From an uncultured bacterium (lineage in GTDB: Bacteria; Acidobacteriota; Thermoanaerobaculia; Multivoradales; JAHEKO01): a stretch of DNA of 64,000 nucleotides. Shown here in pieces: positions 18,644-28,407 of the stretch (its first letter is position 1; every line of letters starts with the position of its first letter). The notes below the pieces were generated by a model that did no database searches, was not told where the DNA came from, and worked only from the letters and a program-made list of their open reading frames with translations. The stretch covers positions 331 through 64,330 of the forward strand of contig CAJQNK010000076.1 in NCBI GenBank assembly GCA_905479655.1, read 5' to 3'. The position numbers and the translations under genes were made by a program.

Positions 18644-20230
18644 TCAGAAGTCGGTGCTCACGAGGTTGCTGACGCCGCAGACACCGGGCTCCACGGACTG
18701 GAACAACAGCGTCCGGCCCTCCGCCCCCATCGGAATCAGGGTCGACAGGGTGGCCGTCCCGTCCAAATCGGCCCGGGCCACGCCGAGGAGCCTCGGCGCA
18801 GCGAGGTCCACGGCGCCGCCGCACGGGATCTGCGTGACGCCGGTCGCGACGCCCGCCAGAAAGGCCACGTTGGCGCCCGAGGTGGCGCCGGTCGCGACCA
18901 GGTCGTTGATCTGCCCGGCAATCCCCGGGTCGGGAGCGGCGAGCTGAAAGCCGCCCTCTTCGACGGTGACCCTGAAGACGCCGTTCAGCCCGCCTTCGAG
19001 GGTGGCCTCGAACAGGATCGTCCCGCCGTCGTCGCTCATGGCATAGCCATCCTGTACGCCGCTCAGAGTGTCCACGAGGAGGCCGCCGATCATCGTGACG
19101 CCCTCCTGCGCCACCAACTGTTGGTCCAGGAAGAGACCCGTGTCGAAGTCCGTGTCGGCGTCGTCCCAGTCACCGTACCAGAGGACCGAGCCCGCGTCGC
19201 TCACGATCACGGGTCCGCTGCCGAAGGAGCTGAAGACGAACGGCGAGATCTCCGGCAGCGAGTCCCCCTCCTGCATCAGCTTCGCGCCGTTCAGCGCGAT
19301 GAGCAGGTTGCTGCCCGAGTCGCCATCCAGCGAACCGCTGATCACCGTGTCACCCAGGTTGTTGAGGCTGATCTCGGGCGTCGACAGGCTCGACCAGAGT
19401 CTGCCGGCCACCGGCGAGGGGTCGCCCTCCTGGGCCAGGATCGTGTCGTCGAGGTACACCGCCCGATCGCGCGCGACGTCCCCCGCCAGCTCGGCGACGT
19501 AGAGAACCTGGCCGGCATCGTTGAAGTCGAAGCTGTGCGGCCCCGTCTCGAAGTCCGTGACGGCCTCGGTCTGGCCGGCCAGCACATCGGACTCCTTGGC
19601 GACGACGGATTCGGAGACCAGATTCCCCGCCTCGTCCAGCGTCAGGACCACGAGGGCCCGGTCTACGGACGTGTCGATGGCGACGTCGTCGACCGAAGCC
19701 ATGATCAGGATCGAGCCGGCGTCGTTGATCTTGGTCTCGAAGAAACCGATGTAGGGAGTTCCCGGACTGAGCTCGGGAGCAGTCGAGAGCTCGCCCTCCT
19801 GGATCAGCAGGGAGGTGTTGCGGTAGATGCCCGAGTCGTCGCTCAGGCCCTGGGTCCCATCGAGGAAGAAGTTCCAGCCGCTATCGCCCGCATTGTTGAG
19901 GTTGACGGTGTCGAAGCTGTCGAGGGTCGCGCCCGCCGGCTCGGCCAGCGGATCGCCTTCCCGGAGGTAGAGGGCACCGTCCAGCAGCAGGACCGAGTCG
20001 GCGTCCATGTCGGCGTTGTCGGTATCGGCCTCGACCAGGGTGCTGCCGGCGTCGTTCACGGCGAGGTTGTTGATGGACGTGACCAGCCCGACGCCCGGTA
20101 CGTCGTCGCCCTCGAGGACGACCGTCTCGATGGTGAAGGTCCTCTGGGCGCCGGCGACGCCGGAGCACAGGACGAGGAGTGCCAGGCACAGTGCGGTGCG
20201 GCACGGTGCGGTTCGGCTCGGGTGAAGCAT
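18644..20230 (-). CDS. secreted protein with about 7 N[ND]AG-type propeller-like repeats
   Basis: ATG at 20230 ([28 protein letters not shown]). Recurrent motifs [61 protein letters not shown]. Confidence 0.6.
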   Translation of the reverse strand: MLHPSRTAPCRTALCLALLVLCSGVAGAQRTFTIETVVLEGDDVPGVGLVTSINNLAVNDAGSTLVEADTDNADMDADSVLLLDGALYLREGDPLAEPAGATLDSFDTVNLNNAGDSGWNFFLDGTQGLSDDSGIYRNTSLLIQEGELSTAPELSPGTPYIGFFETKINDAGSILIMASVDDVAIDTSVDRALVVLTLDEAGNLVSESVVAKESDVLAGQTEAVTDFETGPHSFDFNDAGQVLYVAELAGDVARDRAVYLDDTILAQEGDPSPVAGRLWSSLSTPEISLNNLGDTVISGSLDGDSGSNLLIALNGAKLMQEGDSLPEISPFVFSSFGSGPVIVSDAGSVLWYGDWDDADTDFDTGLFLDQQLVAQEGVTMIGGLLVDTLSGVQDGYAMSDDGGTILFEATLEGGLNGVFRVTVEEGGFQLAAPDPGIAGQINDLVATGATSGANVAFLAGVATGVTQIPCGGAVDLAAPRLLGVARADLDGTATLSTLIPMGAEGRTLLFQSVEPGVCGVSNLVSTDF

Positions 20231-20341
20231 GGGGTCCCTCCTGGATGGCATGATGGGGACGAGGCGGAGAGCGGCGGCTCCGGTTCTATCACCCGCTCCC
20301 ACGGGTGACAAGACAGCCCGGGGGGGCGGGGTGAGGCAGCG

Positions 20342-21847
20342 TCACTCCACGGCGGGCTCGGCGAGCACGATCCGATAGGGTCCCCCGACCGCGAACACCC
20401 TGGACCGGTCCGAGGGGAGCGCCACCGCCACCGCGATCTCCAACTCGTCTCCCGCGAGAGTGTCCGGGACGAGCCACTGGTAGCGACCGTTGTTCGGAAC
20501 ACCGATCTCGATCGGGTTCCAGGCACCGCCGTCGGCCCGCCAGGCCAGCGCCACGAGCGCGGCCTCGCCGCCCGGTACCGCGGTGGCCCAGTCGATGAAA
20601 CGAACGGAGCCCGGGAGGATCGTCGCGCCCGGCGTCGGTCGGTCGACCCGCACTGTGAAGGTGTCCGGCACCGAGGCCTCGCGGAAGAACCGAAGTTGGT
20701 TCCTCGAGTTGAAGTAGCCGCCTTCGTCGACCACGACGACGATGTCGGCTCGGCCGTTGTGGTCCGCGTCACCACCGACGCGGAAGGCCTCGACGTCCCC
20801 CGGCTCCGGGGTCGTGAAGGAGGTCGCCGGCGTCCACCCCCCGGCGCCGTCGGAGAGCCAGAGGGCGAACCGGCCGTCGCCGTAGGCGACCAGGTCGACG
20901 TTCCCGTCCCCGTCCATGTCCCACAGTTGGGTCGCCTGCCAACCGCCGCTGTCGGGCAGGCCGGCGCCCAGATCGACCCACGCCCCGGCCTCGTCTCGCC
21001 GCCATACCTCGAGCGCGCCGGCGGAGGTCGCCCAGGCGACATCGTCCCGCCCGTCGCCATCGACGTCACCGACGGAGACACCCTGGCGCCAGGAGCCACC
21101 CGGCAGGCCCGTGTCCGCGAGGGTGAACCCGCCGCCACCGTCCCCTAGAAATACGGTGCCCCCGTCCCACGAGGTCACCAGGTCGGGGAGGCCGTCACCG
21201 TCGATCTCGCCGAAATAGAGCTTCTCCCCCGAGTTGCCGCCCTCGCCACCCCAGGAGTGGACCCAGGTCCCGTCGCCCTGGTTGAGGTAGACGTGAACGC
21301 CGTTGCAGCAGCCGAAGCTGATGGAGGCGATATCCAGGTCGCCGTCGGCATCGACGTCGGCGAAGTCGGTGCCGAACATCCCCCAGGTCTCGCCCGCGGT
21401 CGCCAGGCCGTCGTCCCACGGTGTCCACGAGGTGCCCGTGCCGTCACCGAGCGCGACCTCGAGGAGCTGATCGCCGAGGTCGTTGCCCGAGTAGTTGTGG
21501 TGCATGCCGTAGCCGACGTCCATCAGGCCGTCGCCGTTGACGTCACCGAGGGCGACGCCTCCGTAGCCGAAGGTCCCCGACTGGAAGACGTGCCATGAGC
21601 CGGTGCCGTCGCCGAACCAGACCATGACCCCATGCTGGTCGGTGTTGATGTACGGGCTGCCGTGGTCCCCGATCGAAACGAGGTCCACATACCCGTCTCC
21701 GTTGACATCACCCATCTCCACCTCGGTCGCCCCCCCGTCCAGCTTGGGCTCGTCCAACCCATCGATCGACTCGACGTAGGTCGGCGTCTGGGCCGGAAGG
21801 GCCGAAGCGAGCAGGGCGAGGGCGGGAACAAAGAACGTAGATCTCAT
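20342..21847 (-). CDS. secreted FG-GAP/VCBS repeat protein
   Basis: ATG at 21847 with a signal peptide. Repeated GDVNGDGYVDL, GDVNGDGLMD, DVDADGDLD, IDGDGLPDL, GDVDGDGRDD, DMDGDGNVDL. Confidence 0.75.
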   Translation of the reverse strand: MRSTFFVPALALLASALPAQTPTYVESIDGLDEPKLDGGATEVEMGDVNGDGYVDLVSIGDHGSPYINTDQHGVMVWFGDGTGSWHVFQSGTFGYGGVALGDVNGDGLMDVGYGMHHNYSGNDLGDQLLEVALGDGTGTSWTPWDDGLATAGETWGMFGTDFADVDADGDLDIASISFGCCNGVHVYLNQGDGTWVHSWGGEGGNSGEKLYFGEIDGDGLPDLVTSWDGGTVFLGDGGGGFTLADTGLPGGSWRQGVSVGDVDGDGRDDVAWATSAGALEVWRRDEAGAWVDLGAGLPDSGGWQATQLWDMDGDGNVDLVAYGDGRFALWLSDGAGGWTPATSFTTPEPGDVEAFRVGGDADHNGRADIVVVVDEGGYFNSRNQLRFFREASVPDTFTVRVDRPTPGATILPGSVRFIDWATAVPGGEAALVALAWRADGGAWNPIEIGVPNNGRYQWLVPDTLAGDELEIAVAVALPSDRSRVFAVGGPYRIVLAEPAVE

Positions 21848-22086
21848 CGAGGTTCTCCTCTTCCGGGAGGCTGGTCGGGACGATCTCTTGGGGGTCGAAG
21901 TGGAGCCCCCCAAGGCTACCAGCCCTGCCGGGACATGAACCTCTGAGACGCCCTTTCGACCGCGCTCGCCGACCCGGCGGGAATCCCGGGAGCGTGCCTG
22001 GCACCCTCCAGAACCCGGCTCGGTCCTTGTACGATGACCGAGCTCGGCTGCCTTCGGACCCGCCGGGCGACCGTCGGAACGGAAGA

Positions 22087-23391
22087 ATGCGATACATCAG
22101 CACCCGAGGAGCGTCCCCGCCCGTCTCGCTCGCTGTCGCGGTACAGTCGGGCACGGCGCCGGACGGCGGTCTCTACCTGCCCGAATCGATCGAGCCGTTG
22201 CCCGGGGCGACGATCGACTCCTTCCGCGACGCCGACCTCCCGTCGATCGCGGCCCGGGTGATGGCACCGTTCCTGGGGCCGGATCTCTCGGGCGACGCGA
22301 TCCGCCGCCTGGCCGCCGACGCTCTGGACTTTCCGGTGCCCCGCGTCCAGATCGACGGCCGGTCCCAGGTCGTCGAGCTCTTCCACGGTCCCACCCTCGC
22401 CTTCAAGGACATCGCGGCCCGCGTCCTCGCAAGGCTCCTGGCGCTCTTCGCCGAACCCGAGAAGGGGGTATCGACCGTCCTCGTGGCCACTTCCGGAGAC
22501 ACCGGCGGAGCCGTTGCCCAGGCGTTCCACGGTGTCGAGGGAACCCGAGTGGTGGTGCTCTATCCGCACGGCCGCGTAAGTGACCTGCAGGAGCGGCAGT
22601 TCGCCACGCTGGGCGGCAACGTCACCGCGCTGGCGGTGGACGGCACCTTCGACGACTGTCAGAGGCTGGCAAAGGAGGCCTTCTCCGCGGACGACCTCCG
22701 GCGGCGAGCGCGGCTGATCTCGGCGAACTCCATCAACATCGGGCGGCTCCTCCCGCAGATGGCCTACTGGTTCTACGCGGCCGCCGGTGTGACAGGGACC
22801 AGCCAGCCATGGATCGCAGTCCCGAGCGGCAACCTCGGCAGCCTGACCGCGGGCCTGATGGCCCGTCGCCTGGGCCTCGAGGCCACTCCGATCGCCGCCA
22901 CGAACGCCAACGATTCGCTTCCCCGCTACCTCCGGAGCGGCACCTTCGAGCCCCATCCGACCGTGCCCACCCTCAGCACGGCGATGGATGTGGGAGAGCC
23001 GAGCAACTTCGAACGAATCGTCGCTCTGAGTCCGGATCGATGGCCGGGCCTCCGCGAGGAGATCCGGTACGAGGTCGTCGACGACGGTGCCACACGATCC
23101 GCCATGATCGACCTGGCCGACCGCCATGGCTACCTGATCGACCCCCACGGGGCCGTCGGCTGGGTGGGTCTCCAGCGAGCGCTCGTCGAGGCCCCGAGCT
23201 CATGCGGAGGGGCGGTTCTCGCGACGGCCCACCCGGCCAAGTTCCCCCGTCGCGTGGCGGCCGCGACCGGGCGCCCCCCGGAGGTGCCGGTCACGTTGCA
23301 GAGAGTCCTCGAGCGCCCCGTCGTACGGGTCGAGATCGGCGCCAGCCTGGACGCCCTGAGGCCCTTCCTGGAAGCTGGCGGCGCCCCGTGA
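22087..23391 (+). CDS. thrC: threonine synthase
   Basis: MRYISTRG..GLYLPE start, FHGPTLAFKD PLP-lysine motif. Confidence 0.9.
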   Translation: MRYISTRGASPPVSLAVAVQSGTAPDGGLYLPESIEPLPGATIDSFRDADLPSIAARVMAPFLGPDLSGDAIRRLAADALDFPVPRVQIDGRSQVVELFHGPTLAFKDIAARVLARLLALFAEPEKGVSTVLVATSGDTGGAVAQAFHGVEGTRVVVLYPHGRVSDLQERQFATLGGNVTALAVDGTFDDCQRLAKEAFSADDLRRRARLISANSINIGRLLPQMAYWFYAAAGVTGTSQPWIAVPSGNLGSLTAGLMARRLGLEATPIAATNANDSLPRYLRSGTFEPHPTVPTLSTAMDVGEPSNFERIVALSPDRWPGLREEIRYEVVDDGATRSAMIDLADRHGYLIDPHGAVGWVGLQRALVEAPSSCGGAVLATAHPAKFPRRVAAATGRPPEVPVTLQRVLERPVVRVEIGASLDALRPFLEAGGAP

Positions 23392-23437
23392 CCCGTCTGG
23401 CGACGGCCACCGGATCTTCAGCGGCGGGCAGTCCGCC

Positions 23438-23917
23438 TCACGACTCGGCGCCCTCGGACGTCGCACCGCGCTGAGCCGCTGACCGGAAAGCGGAGACCAC
23501 CTCGGGACGGACGAGCGCTCGGCGCGTGACCCAGCCCAGCGCCGTCCCCACGGGGAAGAGGATCAGCGAGACGGCCGCCATGAACCGGCACAGGGCGAGT
23601 CGCCGCCGCTGGAGGAGGGAGGCTCCGGCCAGCGCCATCGCGCCCCCGTAGACGAGACCGGCGACCGCTCCAACCAGGTACACGGTCACCGCGAGCCCCT
23701 GGGGCGGTGTGGAGAGCTGCGCCGGCCCGTCGAGGGCCCACGACTCGAACTGTGGAAGAGCGAGCGCGAGGAGCGGGATCGAAGCCAGCATGCACGCCAG
23801 GGCTCCGACCACGAGATGGAAGAAGCCCAGCACCTCGAGGATCTCGGGCCCTGCCTCCGGACCCTCGACCGCGGGCCTCCCCGCAGCTCCGTCCCACCGC
23901 TTCCCGGGGGTCCCCAC
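23438..23917 (-). CDS. hypothetical membrane protein (about 4 TM)
   Basis: Hydrophobic helices. Lies directly downstream of ychF on the same strand. GTG start. Confidence 0.5.
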   Translation of the reverse strand: MGTPGKRWDGAAGRPAVEGPEAGPEILEVLGFFHLVVGALACMLASIPLLALALPQFESWALDGPAQLSTPPQGLAVTVYLVGAVAGLVYGGAMALAGASLLQRRRLALCRFMAAVSLILFPVGTALGWVTRRALVRPEVVSAFRSAAQRGATSEGAES

Positions 23918-23924
23918 GGACCGC

Positions 23925-24995
23925 TCAGACGTTGAAGCGGAAGTGGATGACCTCGCCGTCGCTCACGGGGTACTCCTTGCCCTCGAGTCGCAGCAGGGCG
24001 CGCTCCCGACAGGCCGCGAGAGAGCCGACGTCCAGCAGGTCCCGCCATCCCACGACCTCCGCCCGGATGAACCCCCGCGCGATGTCCGAGTGGATGGCCC
24101 TTCCGGCCTCGCGGGCCTTCGTACCCCGGCGGACGGTCCAGGCCCGGACCTCGTCCGTTCCGACCGTGAAGAAGGAGATCAGCCCGAGAAGCTCATAGCT
24201 GGCCCGCACGAGGCGATCCACCGAGGGCTCCTCCAGGCCGACCTCCGCCAGGAACTCGGCCTGCTCTGCGGCCTCGAGCCGCGAGATCTCCTGCTCGATG
24301 GGCGCGCTGATGACGACGGAGCGGAGGGCGATCGCCTCCTCGAGACCCCAGTTCTCCGGCTCCGCCTCCGCCAGCTCCGCCTCGTTCACGTTCACCGCCA
24401 CGAGCATCGGCTTGGCCGACAGGAGCTGGAAGCCACGCAGGCGTCGCTCGTCGTCGGCCTCGAAGGCGACCCCACGCAGCGGTCGCTCGCCCTCGAGCGC
24501 CGGCGCGACCTGGGACCTCAGGAGCTCCAGCTCCTGGACTTCCTCCGGCTTCAGGCCCCGCTTCTTCGCCTTCTCCAGCCGCTCGACGCGACGCTCGACG
24601 ATCTCGAGGTCCGCCAAGATCAGCTCCAGGTCGACGAGGCCGACGTCGCGCACGGGATCGATCGAACCCTCGGGGTGCAGGATCTCCGGGTCCTCGAACG
24701 CACGGACGACATGCACCAGGGCGTCGACCTCCCGGAGTCGAGCCAGGTCCAGGCTCGCGGCACCCGAGCCCTTCTCGATCCCCGGAATGTCCACGTAGCG
24801 CACCGTGGCCGGGGTGTACTTCTTCGGGTCGAACAGCTCCCGCAGCGCCTCCAGCCGCGGGTCGGGCACACGGGCGACGCCCAGGTGGGTCGACGAGGAG
24901 ACGGCGTGCTTCGCGGTCTCCTCCGCCGCGGCAGTCAGGGTGTTGAACAGGGTCGTCTTGCCGACTTTCGGCAGACCGATGATTCCGGCTTCCAT
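23925..24995 (-). CDS. ychF: redox-regulated ATPase YchF
   Basis: MEAGIIGLPKVGKTTLFN P-loop, C-terminal TGS-like GEVIHFRFNV. ATG at 24995. Confidence 0.9.
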   Translation of the reverse strand: MEAGIIGLPKVGKTTLFNTLTAAAEETAKHAVSSSTHLGVARVPDPRLEALRELFDPKKYTPATVRYVDIPGIEKGSGAASLDLARLREVDALVHVVRAFEDPEILHPEGSIDPVRDVGLVDLELILADLEIVERRVERLEKAKKRGLKPEEVQELELLRSQVAPALEGERPLRGVAFEADDERRLRGFQLLSAKPMLVAVNVNEAELAEAEPENWGLEEAIALRSVVISAPIEQEISRLEAAEQAEFLAEVGLEEPSVDRLVRASYELLGLISFFTVGTDEVRAWTVRRGTKAREAGRAIHSDIARGFIRAEVVGWRDLLDVGSLAACRERALLRLEGKEYPVSDGEVIHFRFNV

Positions 24996-25219
24996 TCGCG
25001 TGGGCTCCTCGGGTGATGACGGCACCCGGTCGGGGACCGAAGGAGGCGAAGGATAGCCCATCCGGATGTGGACCCACCCGCCGAGGACGATCCCGGCCGA
25101 GCCGCGGTTGACGGCCCCGACACCGTCTCATACAGTTGGACCAACACGCCAATCTGGGTAGAGTCGCAACGTGGCCGCGGCGGCCTCGATCGGCTGGCGG
25201 ACCGCGCGCCCGAACGAAA

Positions 25220-26503
25220 ATGAGGCTCTCACTCCCCCTTGCCCCGCTTGCGAGCCTCGGCCTCGTCCTCCTGGTAGCGGGGGACGCCCGGGCCGGAGGC
25301 TTCGAGGTGCCCACCCAGGCAGCCAAGGCCGCCGCGATGGCGGACGCCTTCGTCGCCCAGGTGAACGACCCGTCGGCCATCTTCTACAACCTGGGAGCGA
25401 TGGCGCTCCTGGAGGAGAAGCCCGTTCTGACGGCAGGGCTCGGAACTTACGGGCTCAACCAGTCCCTCTACCAGGGCCTGCCCCCGGGAATCGGCGCCGG
25501 AACGACGGGGGAACAGGACCAGAACATCGGTCTTCTGCCCCACGCCTACGTCGTCAAGGGCCTGGAGGTGCTGGGGAATCGGATCAAGCTGGGGGTGGGC
25601 GCCTACTCGCCCTACCTTTGGCTGACGCAGTGGAAGAGCGCGGACACGTTCTCCGGGAGCGGCATCAGCCTGCTCACGGATCTCAAGGTCTACGACATCG
25701 CGCCGGCGGTTGCGATCAAGATCTCTGACCGTTTGGGGATCGGAGGCTCCTTCGTCTATCGGATCGCGGACCTGCAGCACGTCCGCCGCCTCCAGGAGAT
25801 CGACCCGTTCACGGGAGAGCCGCTCACCTTCGCGCAGCGGGAGTTCGACTCCCCGACACAGGACGGCTTCGGCCTCAACGCGGGGGCCGTCTTCCGCTTC
25901 AACGACCGGCTTTCCGCGGGGTTCTCGTTCCGGAGCGGGATCGAGATCGACTTCAGCGGCACCGCCATTTTCCGGGAGATCCCCACCGGCCGGGCACCCG
26001 GCGTGATCGGCGGTGACATCCCGTTCGACCAGCAGATCGCCGCCACGACGGAGATCGAGTTCCCGAACCAGACGGTCGTCGGCGTCGCCTTCGGAGTCAC
26101 CGAGGCGATCCGCCTGGAGATCGATCTCGTGCAGACCAGCTGGAGCACCTTCGAGGACCTCGACTTCGGCTACCCGACCCAGGAGGAACTCGACGAGGAG
26201 TACCCGCAGGACTTCGGCAACACCGTGACCTGGCGCATCGGCGCGAGCTTCAAGACCCGCAGCGGCTCCGAGTTCCGTGCCGGCGTGGCCCAGGACGAGT
26301 CCCCCCAGCCCAACATGTCGGTCGGGCCCCTGCTCCCGGACGCCGACCGCCGAATCTTCAGCTTCGGCTGGGGCAAGGACTGGCTCGACACCGCCTTCCA
26401 GTGGATCGACTTCGACCAGCGGCAGATCCTCAACAACCGCGACGACTTCAATGGCAACTACAACGGTAATGCCTGGCTCTTCGTCGTTACGGTGAGCCAG
26501 TAG
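25220..26503 (+). CDS. outer-membrane beta-barrel, FadL/OmpP1/TodX-like
   Basis: Signal peptide MRLSLPLAPLASLGLVLLVAGDARA. GGFEVPTQAAKAAAMADAFVAQVNDPSAIFYNLG is the typical FadL-family start. Alternating beta-strand pattern. Confidence 0.75.
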   Translation: MRLSLPLAPLASLGLVLLVAGDARAGGFEVPTQAAKAAAMADAFVAQVNDPSAIFYNLGAMALLEEKPVLTAGLGTYGLNQSLYQGLPPGIGAGTTGEQDQNIGLLPHAYVVKGLEVLGNRIKLGVGAYSPYLWLTQWKSADTFSGSGISLLTDLKVYDIAPAVAIKISDRLGIGGSFVYRIADLQHVRRLQEIDPFTGEPLTFAQREFDSPTQDGFGLNAGAVFRFNDRLSAGFSFRSGIEIDFSGTAIFREIPTGRAPGVIGGDIPFDQQIAATTEIEFPNQTVVGVAFGVTEAIRLEIDLVQTSWSTFEDLDFGYPTQEELDEEYPQDFGNTVTWRIGASFKTRSGSEFRAGVAQDESPQPNMSVGPLLPDADRRIFSFGWGKDWLDTAFQWIDFDQRQILNNRDDFNGNYNGNAWLFVVTVSQ

Positions 26504-26549
26504 GCGAGCCAGCGTGAGGATCTTGCCGGCGCGGTATACTCGCGGCTCG

Positions 26550-28376
26550 ATGAGAGCGTACCGGTGGCTGGTCCTCGCGATCGTCTCGCCGTTGCTGGGC
26601 TGCGACGCGAGCAATCCGGCCGCACCGGCGCTGCCGGAGGTCTCGGAGCCGACCGACGCGTTCGTGATCATCATCACGCCGGATGTGGCCGAGGTGGCAC
26701 CGGGCGGCACGGTGGGGCTGTCGGTCAACATCACGGACGCCGAGTCGGGTGATCCTCCGGTCGACGGAACCAGCGTGACCATCACCACGAGCGCGGGTCA
26801 GCTCGAGGCCACCAACACCGACCCGGGTCCCCTGGTGCTGGTGCCCACGATCGGCGGCGTGGCCTCGGCGACGCTCAACGCCGTCGGCCTCGCCGATGGA
26901 GACAGCGCCGAGATCCGAGCGACGCTCGAAGACACCTCGACCTCGGTCTCCATACCCGTCGTCGGTGACGCCGGGGGCGGAGGAGGAGCGGCACCCCCGG
27001 CCGCCGCCTTCACGTTCGAGTCGGACGAGCTGCTGGTCCTGTTCTCGGACGCCTCCACGGGGGAACCGACGAGCTGGCAGTGGGACTTCGGCGACCTCTC
27101 CTGTCTTCCGCTCCCCGACTGCAACCAGAGCTCGGAGCAGAACCCTCTGCACCAGTACTCGGCGGTGGACACCTACGTCGTGACCCTCACCGCCGCCAAC
27201 GTCCTGGGAACCAACACGATCCGGCAGTTCGTCGGCGTCGGCACGCCGGTCGAGCCCCTGGAGGCGGCCTTCGAGGCCGACCCCGGGGACGGAACCGGCC
27301 TCCAGGTGCTGTTCACGGACACGACGACCGGTGACCCGACGGGCTGGCTCTGGGACTTCAGCGACGGATCGACCAGTGTCGAGCAGGACCCGATCCACGA
27401 CTATCTGGTCGGCGGCAGCTACGCGGTCACCCTCGAGGTGAGCCGCGGCGCCACGACTTCGTCCACCTCGCAGTTCGTGACGGTGGGCACGGAGATCCCG
27501 GACATCATGGCGGACTTCGAGTTCGTCACCACGTCCGGCTCGTTGGTCGTGACCTTCACGGATCTCTCGGTCGGCGTCATCAGCGAGCGTCTCTGGGACT
27601 TCGGCAACGACTTCTGCACGCCCCAGCCCGACTGCACGACCAGTACCATGGCGAACCCCGTCTACGAGTTCGACTTCACGGGCGAGTACGTGACGGTCCT
27701 CACCGTGACCGACCCGACGGGCGCCACGGAGACCAAGGCACAGAGCGTCTCGGTTGACTCGGGGGAGGTCGCGCCGATCGCCGAGTTCTCCTTCGAGGAG
27801 CTCGACGGCAACGTGGTCCGTTTTACCGACGAGTCCACCAACAACCCGACCCGCTGGACCTGGGACTTCGGCGACGGCGGCTCGGACACCATCGCGAACC
27901 CCGTCCACTCGTACGCCCAGGGTGGCCGCTACACGGTGACTCTGACGGTGGCGAACGGGGGAGGCCAGGCCAGCCGCACCGAGCAGATCAATCTCGATCC
28001 ACTGGTGGCGGAGTTCAGTTTCCAGCAGAACGGCCTCGAGGCGATCTTCACCGATCTCTCCACGGGCGATCCGACCGAGTGGAGCTGGGACTTCGGGGAC
28101 AACGTCTGCATGCCGCAGCCGGATTGCACGGAGAGCACCGAACAGAACCCGAGTCACACCTACCCGGACACCGGCCCCTACACCGTGACCCTCGTGGTGA
28201 AGGACGGGCAGGGCGAGGACTCGATCACGAAGACCATCACGATCTTCCCGTTCGAGGCCCGACCTCTCGGGAGGGTACCGAGTGCCTCCTCCGAGCGTCC
28301 CGGAAGGGCCGCCGCTCCGGTGCTCGTTGGGCGGAGCGCCAAGGGCTCGCAAGGCCGGCCGCCACACCGGCGGTAA
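26550..28376 (+). CDS. lipoprotein with a Big-like domain and five PKD domains
   Basis: Lipobox LLGC after MRAYRWLVLAIVSP. Five WDFGD/WDFSDG PKD cores. Confidence 0.8.
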   Translation: MRAYRWLVLAIVSPLLGCDASNPAAPALPEVSEPTDAFVIIITPDVAEVAPGGTVGLSVNITDAESGDPPVDGTSVTITTSAGQLEATNTDPGPLVLVPTIGGVASATLNAVGLADGDSAEIRATLEDTSTSVSIPVVGDAGGGGGAAPPAAAFTFESDELLVLFSDASTGEPTSWQWDFGDLSCLPLPDCNQSSEQNPLHQYSAVDTYVVTLTAANVLGTNTIRQFVGVGTPVEPLEAAFEADPGDGTGLQVLFTDTTTGDPTGWLWDFSDGSTSVEQDPIHDYLVGGSYAVTLEVSRGATTSSTSQFVTVGTEIPDIMADFEFVTTSGSLVVTFTDLSVGVISERLWDFGNDFCTPQPDCTTSTMANPVYEFDFTGEYVTVLTVTDPTGATETKAQSVSVDSGEVAPIAEFSFEELDGNVVRFTDESTNNPTRWTWDFGDGGSDTIANPVHSYAQGGRYTVTLTVANGGGQASRTEQINLDPLVAEFSFQQNGLEAIFTDLSTGDPTEWSWDFGDNVCMPQPDCTESTEQNPSHTYPDTGPYTVTLVVKDGQGEDSITKTITIFPFEARPLGRVPSASSERPGRAAAPVLVGRSAKGSQGRPPHRR

Positions 28377-28407
28377 ACCACGCGAGGATTGACTCTCGCG
28401 GTTCGGC

